This document shows positions 8,237 through 15,988 of a stretch of DNA of 64,000 bases, piece by piece (the stretch's first letter is position 1; the number at the start of each line of letters is the position of its first letter). Below the pieces are notes generated by a model. The model searched no databases, was not told where the DNA came from, and saw only the letters and a list, made by a program, of their open reading frames with translations. The translations under genes and the position numbers were made by a program. Source of the stretch: Bacillota bacterium (GTDB taxonomy: Bacteria > Bacillota > Clostridia > Peptostreptococcales > Anaerovoracaceae); assembly GCA_017440275.1 (NCBI GenBank), contig JAFSHN010000027.1, positions 2,618-66,617 on the forward strand. The letters run 5' to 3'.

Positions 8237-8911
8237 ATGACTGATACGGTTTTTATAAAAAACTACATAGAGCCGCCTTTCGATACAAGTGAGATTTTAA
8301 GATATATGGGCTGCAAAGAAGCTGATCCTGAAGTTCTCAAATTGGTGGAAGGCTGTATCAACGAAGTGAGGTCTAGTCTCACATACCGCGTTTGCTATCG
8401 TCAATTTACGATAACAGAAAAGGACGGTTCTTTAGACCTTGCTTTTGTGGTGTCACAAAGTGAGGGACTTCGCCGCAATCTGGGAGGCTGTAAGTCTCTC
8501 ATTCTATTTGCAGCAACTATAGGCCTTGAGATTGACCGGCTTATTGCAAAATACGGCAGGCTCTCTCCTTCAAAGGCTTTGTGTTTTCAGGCCATTGGAG
8601 CCGAAAGAATTGAAAGTTTATGTAAATCGTTTAATGACGATATGAAGGAAACCCTTGCAAAATCGGGCTTTGGCACTCGTCCACGCTTTAGTCCCGGCTA
8701 TGGTGATTTTCCTTTAGAGGTACAAAAGGATGTATTTAGGGTTCTTAATCCTGCCAAGAACATTGGGCTTTCTCTCAATGACAGCTTATTGATGACACCG
8801 TCTAAGTCGGTAACAGCAATAATCGGCATCTCAGAGGGTTCTCAATCCTGTATCGCCAATGAACGATGTGATAAATGTGACAAAACAGACTGTACTTTCA
8901 GGAGGTTATAA
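8237..8911 (+). CDS. methionine synthase activation (AdoMet-binding) domain protein
   Basis: About 220 aa with a PGYGDFPL motif typical of stand-alone MetH activation-domain proteins in Clostridia. Lies between metF and a MetH that lacks this domain. Confidence 0.65.
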   Translation: MTDTVFIKNYIEPPFDTSEILRYMGCKEADPEVLKLVEGCINEVRSSLTYRVCYRQFTITEKDGSLDLAFVVSQSEGLRRNLGGCKSLILFAATIGLEIDRLIAKYGRLSPSKALCFQAIGAERIESLCKSFNDDMKETLAKSGFGTRPRFSPGYGDFPLEVQKDVFRVLNPAKNIGLSLNDSLLMTPSKSVTAIIGISEGSQSCIANERCDKCDKTDCTFRRL

Positions 8912-8912
8912 A

Positions 8913-11309
8913 ATGACAGTTTTAGAATATATGAAGGATCATCTGCTGTTTCTCGACGGCGGTATGGGTTCCCTCCTTCAAAATATGGGAATCAAACCGG
9001 GTGAACATCCGGAACGCTGGAGCGTTTCTCATCCGGAAATAATTGAACAGATTCATCTTGATTATTTCAATGCCGGCTGCAATGTGGTCAACACCAACTG
9101 CTTCGGGGCCAACACTCTTAAGTTTGACGCCGAAGAGTGCGACCGGATTATTAAGGCATCCATCGAAAATGCAAAGCGTGCAGCTGCACGCTCCACAAAT
9201 CCAGAGCCAAAATTCGTGGCTCTTGATATCGGGCCTTGCGGCAAGCTGTTGAAGCCGTACGGCGATCTGGATTTTGAAGATGCCGTTGAATGTTTTGCCG
9301 GAATGGTTAGATCAGGTGTCAAGCATGGGGCGGATTTAATCTTTATCGAGACAATGAATGACAGCTACGAAACTAAGGCAGCTTTACTTGCTGCCAAGGA
9401 AAACTCCGACCTTCCTGTTTTCGTTTCTAATGCTTACGGTGAAGACGGCAAACTTATGACAGGAGCTACTCCTGCGGCAATGGTTGCTATGATTGAAGGC
9501 ATGGGCGCAGATGCTATTGGTTGCAACTGCTCACTCGGTCCTGCTCAGCTCCGCGGAGTAGTAGATGAACTTCTTGCCAATGCTTCAATACCTGTAATGC
9601 TTAAGCCAAACGCAGGGCTTCCAAAGGATGTTGACGGGCGTGCTGTTTACGATGTTTTGCCTGACGAATTCGCAGAAGAAATTGTAACTCAGATCAAGGC
9701 CGGCGTTCGCGTGGCAGGCGGCTGCTGCGGAACAACGCCTGAATACATCAAAGCACTTACTTCAAAGGCGGAAGGTCTCGAACCGCTTCCTGTATATCCT
9801 AAGAACAAAACTGTAGTTTCGTCATATACTCATGCCGTAGAATTTGCAGAGTCACCTATACTTATCGGCGAAAGAATCAACCCTACAGGCAAGAAGAGAT
9901 TTAAGCAGGCTCTCATCGAAAAGGACATTGACTACATTCTTCAGGAAGGTGTAAACCAGCAGGATGCAGGTGTTCAAATTCTTGATGTAAATGTCGGTCT
10001 TCCTGATATCGACGAAGTTTCTATGCTTAACAATGTTATGTATGAACTTCAGGCAATCATCAATCTTCCTCTTCAGATAGATACTGCAGATGCAGTTGCT
10101 ATGGAAAAAGCTCTCCGCCGCTACAACGGCAAGGCTATGATTAACTCCGTAAACGGCAAAGAAGAAAGCATGAAGGCCATCTTCCCTCTCGTTAAGAAAT
10201 ACGGCGGTGTGGTGGTTGCCCTCACTTTAGACGAAGGTGGAATTCCTGCCACAGCGGAAGGCAGAATCGCGATTGCCAAAAAGATTCTTGAAACAGCGGC
10301 TTCTTACGGGATCGACAAGAAAGACATTATTTTCGACACTTTGGCTATGACAATCAGCGCAGACCCGGCAGCAGCTCTTGCTACGCTGAAGTCTCTTGAA
10401 TATATAAAGAATGAAATGGGCTGCCACACATCTTTGGGTGTATCCAACATTTCTTTTGGACTCCCTAAGAGAGAAGGCGTAAACAGTACCTTCTTTGCTA
10501 TGGCCCTTGAACGCGGGCTTTCTGCTGCGATTATGAATCCTTATGCAACAGACATGCTCAAAGTTTACTACGCATATCGCGCATTACACAATTTGGATGA
10601 AAACTGCGCCGACTATATTGAATTTGCAACAAACTTAGTAGAAACTGCCGCGGCTCCCGCTCAGGCGGCGGCTGCCAAGACTCCTGAAGACTTCAAGAGT
10701 CAGCTCCAAAAGGCCATTGTCAAAGGTCTCAAAGACCAGGCGGCGGAAGTTACAGGGCAGCTCTTGGCTACAACTGATGCCCTCGAAATCATTCAGCAGG
10801 AAATCATTCCTGCCCTTGATATCGTAGGCAAAGGCTTCGAAGAAAAAACAGTCTACCTGCCGCAGCTCCTTATGAGTGCGGAAGCTGCAAAAGCCTCTTT
10901 CGAAGTTATCAAGGCCAATATGCCAAGCGGCCAGTCCATCGATAAGTTCCCTATGGTCATCGCAACAGTTCACGGCGATATTCATGACATCGGAAAAAAC
11001 ATCGTCAAACTGCTCCTTGAAAACTACGGTTTCAAAGTAATAGACCTGGGCAAAGACGTTCCTCCGGCAGATATTGTTGCGGCTGTTATCGAAAATAAGG
11101 CTCCTGTCTGCGGGCTCAGTGCACTTATGACAACTACTGTTCCTGCCATGGAAGAGACAATTAAGCTTCTTGCAGAGCAGGCACCTTGGTGCAAAGTAGT
11201 TGTAGGCGGTGCTGTTCTAAACGAAGACTACGCAAACCGCATCGGTGCGGGCAAATATGCCAAGGATGCCATGGACACAGTAAGATTCGCAGACAGCGTA
11301 GAAATATAA
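8913..11309 (+). CDS. metH: cobalamin-dependent methionine synthase lacking the activation domain
   Basis: Hcy-methyltransferase N-terminus (LFLDGGMGS, GGCCGT), a pterin-binding region and the B12-binding DxHxxG motif (HGDIHDIGKN). Start moved to ATG 8913, behind AGGAGG (8900-8905). Confidence 0.85.
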   Translation: MTVLEYMKDHLLFLDGGMGSLLQNMGIKPGEHPERWSVSHPEIIEQIHLDYFNAGCNVVNTNCFGANTLKFDAEECDRIIKASIENAKRAAARSTNPEPKFVALDIGPCGKLLKPYGDLDFEDAVECFAGMVRSGVKHGADLIFIETMNDSYETKAALLAAKENSDLPVFVSNAYGEDGKLMTGATPAAMVAMIEGMGADAIGCNCSLGPAQLRGVVDELLANASIPVMLKPNAGLPKDVDGRAVYDVLPDEFAEEIVTQIKAGVRVAGGCCGTTPEYIKALTSKAEGLEPLPVYPKNKTVVSSYTHAVEFAESPILIGERINPTGKKRFKQALIEKDIDYILQEGVNQQDAGVQILDVNVGLPDIDEVSMLNNVMYELQAIINLPLQIDTADAVAMEKALRRYNGKAMINSVNGKEESMKAIFPLVKKYGGVVVALTLDEGGIPATAEGRIAIAKKILETAASYGIDKKDIIFDTLAMTISADPAAALATLKSLEYIKNEMGCHTSLGVSNISFGLPKREGVNSTFFAMALERGLSAAIMNPYATDMLKVYYAYRALHNLDENCADYIEFATNLVETAAAPAQAAAAKTPEDFKSQLQKAIVKGLKDQAAEVTGQLLATTDALEIIQQEIIPALDIVGKGFEEKTVYLPQLLMSAEAAKASFEVIKANMPSGQSIDKFPMVIATVHGDIHDIGKNIVKLLLENYGFKVIDLGKDVPPADIVAAVIENKAPVCGLSALMTTTVPAMEETIKLLAEQAPWCKVVVGGAVLNEDYANRIGAGKYAKDAMDTVRFADSVEI

Positions 11310-11321
11310 AGGAGGATTGTA

Positions 11322-12077
11322 ATGGAACAATATTTGGCAGGTGTTAACTCCCTGACCTTCTATGCCATCGTGGCAGTGGTCCTGGGATTTATCACCGTAA
11401 TGTGTTTTGTATTTTTAATAAAAAGTTATAAGGCGGGGGTTGCCATCGGCATGGACCCAAAGGTCTTAAAAAAGACCATTATGGCCAGCGCTACTTTCAC
11501 ACTCCTCCCATCAATCAGCATTTTGCTGGGGGTTATAGCTCTCAGCGGAACTCTTGGAGTTCCTTTCTCATGGCTGAGACTTTCAGTTATCGGGGCTCTT
11601 CAGTACGAGCTCAACGTTGCTGAAATCGCGGCACAAAATATCGGACTTTCCGGTCTTAATCTAAGCGAGCTCGACATGGGTGCATTTGTGACCATTGCTC
11701 TGGTTATGACAATGGGAATCCTGGGTGGTGTTTTCTGCTGCATCTTCTTCCTGAAGAAGTATCTTTCCAAAATTCAAGCAAAACCTAAAAAGACCGACGG
11801 CGCAGGCGCTTCCAAACCGGGCTTCGGCGCCCATGCAACAACTGCCATGTTCGTAGGTCTTTGCGCAGCTTACATTGGTTCATATATCGGTCAGGTAATG
11901 CCCGGCGGCGGTTCCAACTATATGCCTCTCTTCGTAGCAATAGTTGCCGCACTCTGTATGGCGGTATTTGAATTCCTCGTACAGAAAAAGAAAATGTTAG
12001 TACTTGAAAACTTCAGCCTTGCGGCCAGCATGCTCATCGCGATGGCGGCAGCTGTAATCGTTAACTTAGCAATTTAG
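11322..12077 (+). CDS. polytopic membrane protein (DUF5058-like)
   Basis: 251 aa with about 6 hydrophobic segments. Only 12 nt after the metH stop, with SD AAGGAGG. The family assignment is from memory of DUF5058-type sequences, not a search. Confidence 0.5.
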   Translation: MEQYLAGVNSLTFYAIVAVVLGFITVMCFVFLIKSYKAGVAIGMDPKVLKKTIMASATFTLLPSISILLGVIALSGTLGVPFSWLRLSVIGALQYELNVAEIAAQNIGLSGLNLSELDMGAFVTIALVMTMGILGGVFCCIFFLKKYLSKIQAKPKKTDGAGASKPGFGAHATTAMFVGLCAAYIGSYIGQVMPGGGSNYMPLFVAIVAALCMAVFEFLVQKKKMLVLENFSLAASMLIAMAAAVIVNLAI

Positions 12078-12093
12078 AAAGGAGGCACTTAAA

Positions 12094-12768
12094 ATGAACG
12101 AAAAAGAATTATTCTTTAAAGAATTTAATGATGGCCTCCACAAAATAGGTCGAATTACCCTGGTTCTGGCGGTGGCAATGCTCATCGCTGTACCTTTTGT
12201 TATCGGTACTCTCACAGGATTTTCCCCTGACCTGGGCGGCTTCATCAAAGGTTTTGCCAATGTAGGACTCATCTACATACCCGTTGCCATCGTAGAGTTC
12301 CTTGTTTACACTCCGATGCTGGGTGTTGGCGGAAGCTATCTGTCTTTCATCACAGGTAACGTAACCAACATGAAAATCCCTTGTGTTATGAACTCGGCAG
12401 ACATCGCCGGCACAACTTCCGGAACTCCTGAGCACGAAATCATTTCTACAATCAGCGTTGCCACAAGTGCTGTCACTACTACGCTGGTAATCGTAGCCGG
12501 AGTAATTCTTCTGGTACCGCTGCAGCCAATCCTTCAGACTCCTGAACTGCTGCCGGCTTTCAACAACGTAGTGCCTGCACTTTTCGGTGCCCTGGGACTG
12601 AAATACTTCGCAAAGAGCCCTCAGATTGCAGTAATTCCGCTGGTTCTTATGAGTGCTCTGTGCATCTTTGTTCCGTCTATGATCAGCCAGACAAGTATAC
12701 TGTTAATCCCAAGCGGCGGCCTGGCACTGCTCATAGGATTCGTGTTATTCAAGAAAGGTAAGATTTAA
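12094..12768 (+). CDS. polytopic membrane protein of unknown function
   Basis: 224 aa with about 6 hydrophobic segments. SD AAGGAGG. Tightly packed between the DUF5058-like gene and the M20 hydrolase gene. Confidence 0.5.
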   Translation: MNEKELFFKEFNDGLHKIGRITLVLAVAMLIAVPFVIGTLTGFSPDLGGFIKGFANVGLIYIPVAIVEFLVYTPMLGVGGSYLSFITGNVTNMKIPCVMNSADIAGTTSGTPEHEIISTISVATSAVTTTLVIVAGVILLVPLQPILQTPELLPAFNNVVPALFGALGLKYFAKSPQIAVIPLVLMSALCIFVPSMISQTSILLIPSGGLALLIGFVLFKKGKI

Positions 12769-12770
12769 AA

Positions 12771-14204
12771 ATGAAATTTGTATTGATTATATTAGCACTC
12801 CTGGCAGCTTTCGTGCTGTTTCTGGTGCTGAGAGCTGCTATGTTAAAGCCAACTGCTGCTAAAGAAGCAAAAGTTATCCTGGATGAAAGCCCAAGAGCCA
12901 CCGAATACGGGCAGCAGCTCTCCAAAATGATTCAGGTAGAAACTGTTTCTTTTAGAAACCAAGAAGACAGAACTAAATTCTACAACTTCCATAAAGTACT
13001 TGAGGATCTTTTCCCTAATGTTCATGCTAAATGCGAAAAGCACGTTTTTAACGGAAGCTTGCTTTTCAAATGGGAAGGCCAGGGCAAAGCAGAGCCGATT
13101 CTCCTCATGAGCCATCAGGACGTTGTCGAAGCTAACGGCCAGTGGGATCACGAACCTTTCAGCGGTGACATCGACGAAACAGGCAGAGTCTGGGGCCGCG
13201 GCACAGTTGACACAAAAGCCAGCCTTTTCTGCATCTTTACTGCTGTTGAGGAACTGATTGCTGACGGCTTTGTTCCAAAAGGCGACGTTTATATCGCATC
13301 CAGCTGCACTGAGGAATGGAGCGGCGACGGTGCACCTGCTACTGTGGAATATCTGCAAAAGAACAACATCAAGCTGAGACTACTTCTTGATGAAGGCGGT
13401 ATGATTATCGAAGAACCAGTGGGTGGCGTTAAAGGAACTTACGCTATGGTGGGCCTGGTAGAGAAAGGCTACGGCGACATCAAGTTTACTGCAAAAAGCG
13501 GCGGCGGCCATGCCAGCGCACCGGGCAAGAACACTCCGCTGGTTCGCCTTGGCAAATTCATGTGTGATATCGAAAAGAAAAACCCATTTAAAGCTGAATT
13601 CTCCCCAACAGTGGTCGAAATGTTCACAAGAATGGCTCCAAATATGGATTTCGGCATGAAACTTCTTTTCTCCAACATGGGAATTCTTAAGCCTCTGCTG
13701 GTCAAAGTCATTCCTTCCGTAAGCTCTGCAGCGGCTGCAATGCTGAGAACAACTCTGGCATTCACAATGGCCAAAGGTGCAGACGGTGCCAACGTTCTCC
13801 CGCAAGAAGCTTACATTGTTGGAAACATGCGATTCATCCAGCACCAGCCAAACGCAGAAAGCATCAAGGTCGTTGCTGATATCGCAAAGAAATACGATCT
13901 CGAAACTGAGGTAATCTATCAGGACGACCCTTGTCCTGTGGTAGACTTCAGAAGTGAAGAATTCAAAATCGTTGAATCCACAGTCAACGAAATCTATCCG
14001 GGCGTAGGCGTTTGCCCATACACAATGACCGGCGGTACAGACGCCAAGTACTACGGCTCAGTCAGCGATAACTGCATCAGATTCGCGCCGCTGTACATTG
14101 ACGATCAGCAATACGCTAGCATCCACGGTCTTAACGAAAACATCTACCAGGGCGCACTGCCAATGGGTGTTGATTTCTACAAGACTGTTATAAAGAAGGC
14201 ATAG
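12771..14204 (+). CDS. M20/M25/M40 family metallohydrolase with N-terminal membrane anchor
   Basis: M20 motifs (MSHQDVV, GRGTVDTK, LLDEGG, SGGGHAS). N-terminal hydrophobic helix MKFVLIILALLAAFVLFLVL. Confidence 0.8.
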   Translation: MKFVLIILALLAAFVLFLVLRAAMLKPTAAKEAKVILDESPRATEYGQQLSKMIQVETVSFRNQEDRTKFYNFHKVLEDLFPNVHAKCEKHVFNGSLLFKWEGQGKAEPILLMSHQDVVEANGQWDHEPFSGDIDETGRVWGRGTVDTKASLFCIFTAVEELIADGFVPKGDVYIASSCTEEWSGDGAPATVEYLQKNNIKLRLLLDEGGMIIEEPVGGVKGTYAMVGLVEKGYGDIKFTAKSGGGHASAPGKNTPLVRLGKFMCDIEKKNPFKAEFSPTVVEMFTRMAPNMDFGMKLLFSNMGILKPLLVKVIPSVSSAAAAMLRTTLAFTMAKGADGANVLPQEAYIVGNMRFIQHQPNAESIKVVADIAKKYDLETEVIYQDDPCPVVDFRSEEFKIVESTVNEIYPGVGVCPYTMTGGTDAKYYGSVSDNCIRFAPLYIDDQQYASIHGLNENIYQGALPMGVDFYKTVIKKA

Positions 14205-14215
14205 TTATGAAGAAA

Positions 14216-14247
14216 AGGCCGTCTCTGTTTCGAGACGGCTTTTTTTA
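14216..14247 (+). terminator. rho-independent terminator of the metF...M20 transcription unit
   Basis: GCCGTCTC (14218-14225) pairs with GAGACGGC (14232-14239) and is followed by T7. Confidence 0.75.
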
Positions 14248-14268
14248 TGTCCTTGAGTTTAAAGTTTA

Positions 14269-14520
14269 GGGGAATTCCATAATTTTGAGAATATTGCACT
14301 GTTAATGGAATTCTGCCGATTCTGTGGGAGCCAACCCTATGGGGAATTCCATTTTTCCTGTGAAAACACATCATTTATGGAACTATATCTCCGGCAACCC
14401 AGCCATAGTTCCATTTTAGGGAAAGTTTTCCTTTCTAAATGGAACTTTCAATTATCCGGGTGTATCAAATGCAAGCATAATTCCATTTTATGCAGCGAAA
14501 ACTGTTGAAAATGGAACTTT
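14269..14520. repeat. four tandem ~62-72 bp hairpin units built on ARTTCCAT / ATGGAAYT
   Basis: Motif copies strictly alternate in orientation at 14273, 14305, 14345, 14377, 14407, 14449, 14479 and 14511. The 12-mer GGGGAATTCCAT occurs at 14269 and 14341. TTCCATTTTA occurs at 14410 and 14482. Confidence 0.75.
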
Positions 14521-14601
14521 ATAGAGATGATAGTTATAAACAATGCCGAAATGCTTAAGCGAATGAAGTCTTTTCCTACTATTTTTTGTTATTCTCGAAA
14601 C

Positions 14602-14623
14602 CAGTAGGTAGACTTACCTACTG
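14602..14623. repeat. perfect 9-bp hairpin of a third motif family (AGTAGGTA)
   Basis: CAGTAGGTA gact TACCTACTG. Further copies of the arm at 14575-14580 (CCTACT) and 14645-14652 (AGTAGGTA). No adjacent T-run on either strand. Confidence 0.5.
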
Positions 14624-14660
14624 AATTAAAGAATTTGTTCAGCGAGTAGGTAATTCCCTT

Positions 14661-14984
14661 CTAATCATCAACGCGCTCTTCTTTCAGTAACTCTTTATAT
14701 TTTCTGTCCCAAGCAACTGTATAGATTAACCCCGGCACGGTAACCACAACAGCGAGCAGAAACCACGTCCCCATCTTGATGTTCAAATCTTCAAAGAAAA
14801 ATGTTGCTGCCAAATACAGCAGAATCCAAGGCACGCCAAGCATCAGCCATGTTTTCCCCTGACAGCGAATCATATCTTTAGTCCATCTATGGCTTTTGTA
14901 TTTGGCCGGGATATTTTGATAGCCCAATAGGCCTGCTATGCCGTAAAGTGTCCAGAAGATGCCCATGATAAACATTACGTTCAT
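14661..14984 (-). CDS. small integral membrane protein, unknown function
   Basis: 107 aa with three hydrophobic segments. SD AAGGAGA lies upstream on the minus strand. Confidence 0.5.
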   Translation of the reverse strand: MNVMFIMGIFWTLYGIAGLLGYQNIPAKYKSHRWTKDMIRCQGKTWLMLGVPWILLYLAATFFFEDLNIKMGTWFLLAVVVTVPGLIYTVAWDRKYKELLKEERVDD

Positions 14985-15112
14985 AAAATTGTCTCCTTTT
15001 TCTTTTCCAATAATTTCAAAAATCGCTTGTCGTTCATCTGTTCATTTGTTATGTATTTTCCATCTAAAAATAATGCGTATGTTGTGACAGGGGTTGGGGC
15101 GTTTTGTGCCTC

Positions 15113-15745
15113 CTATTTACTCTGCAAATAAATTGCCTTAAATTGTATTACTTTTTCTTTAGCAATCTCTTCAATTATGGGAACATACTTCGCATTATAC
15201 GGACATTGACTTGTATAATATAAAACATAACCCTTTTCGTCAATACGGGGATGTTTTGCACAATCTTTAAATTGCGGCACTGTGGCATTTTCTTCAAAAG
15301 GCAAGTACCATAGTTGAATGCCATTATCCGCTTCATCACAAACTTGAAATCCTTTATGCTTCAAAAATTTAGGATCAGCTAAAAATGGTTTCTTTTTTGC
15401 TGCCGCCAAAATACATAATCCCAATTTTCCTTTATTTTTACTGTCCTCAACACATGCATTTAATAAATCTGATGAGTACCCATGCCCTTTAAATGAACCC
15501 GCAACCCATAAACAATCAATGTACATATAGCCATCCGCTGAAATTGGATTCCATGCATTTTCAGCAGGGATATATTCAATGAAACACTTTCCTCTTTCTG
15601 TACTTTTTAGAAAAACCAACCCGTCTTCAAACCGCTCTGATAACCATGCTTTTTTTGAAGATACTTGAATATCATTGTTATTAGAAATTGCACAACATAT
15701 ATGCTCTTTTTCTATATTCTCGCTTGTAACTTTAATATATTCCAT
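15113..15745 (-). CDS. GNAT family N-acetyltransferase with YoaP-like C-terminal region
   Basis: The N-terminus NIEKEHICCAIS...KKAWLSERF and the core WVAGSFKGHGYSSDLL match the YoaP-type GNAT pattern as I remember it. SD GGAGG. Confidence 0.65.
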   Translation of the reverse strand: MEYIKVTSENIEKEHICCAISNNNDIQVSSKKAWLSERFEDGLVFLKSTERGKCFIEYIPAENAWNPISADGYMYIDCLWVAGSFKGHGYSSDLLNACVEDSKNKGKLGLCILAAAKKKPFLADPKFLKHKGFQVCDEADNGIQLWYLPFEENATVPQFKDCAKHPRIDEKGYVLYYTSQCPYNAKYVPIIEEIAKEKVIQFKAIYLQSK

Positions 15746-15781
15746 TATATAAAACCTCCGACAAAGTTAAGTTTTTCTCTC

Positions 15782-15958
15782 TTAACAGAATTCCTTCATC
15801 AGCCTTACGGCGTCTTGATTGATTGAAAGCTTTGTTTCTGTGCCGGCAGAGTAACATTCGAATTTGTCTGATAAAAGTTTTTTACCAAGTGCTTCTGCGA
15901 TTTGACTGCGGCATGAATTGTGTACGCAAATAAAGGCCACTTTAGGTTTGTTGTTCAT
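15782..15958 (-). pseudogene. arsC: truncated arsenate reductase (thioredoxin-coupled LMW-PTP type), N-terminal 58 codons only
   Basis: Translates to MNNKPKVAFICVHNSCRSQIAEALGKKLLSDKFECYSAGTE...VRLMKEFC*. The CX5R P-loop is present. The stop falls where full-length ArsC (about 135-140 aa) continues. Below the 60-aa cut-off of the ORF track. Confidence 0.6.
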
Positions 15959-15988
15959 TGTTTTAGTCTGCTCCCAATTTTATGTTAA

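Noticed and set aside
14281-14295. CodY-box-like sequence AATTTTGAGAATATT in the loop of the first hairpin unit.
   Set aside because: It has two mismatches to AATTTTCWGAAAATT in AT-rich DNA. There is no downstream gene in the appropriate orientation, because the region is convergent.
14305-14508. 67-aa Cys-rich ORF (MEFCRFCGSQPYGEFHF...) in the hairpin array. It could be mistaken for a small Cys-rich peptide or bacteriocin precursor.
   Set aside because: There is no ribosome-binding site. Its apparent internal repeats (MEF/GEFHF/MELY/KWNF) are simply the alternating DNA motif read in one frame. There are no adjacent maturation or export genes.
14269-14520. CRISPR array interpretation of the 62-72-bp periodic repeats.
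   Set aside because: The conserved element is only 8-12 nt and alternates in orientation instead of being a 24-40-nt direct repeat. There are only four units, and the window has no cas genes and no leader.
14985-15112. Possible small minus-strand ORF (MNDKRFLKLLEKKKE...) overlapping the start of the 107-aa membrane-protein gene.
   Set aside because: It is out of frame and overlaps the better-supported gene. It has no recognisable motif and no clear SD. Its length is below anything I can support without comparative data.
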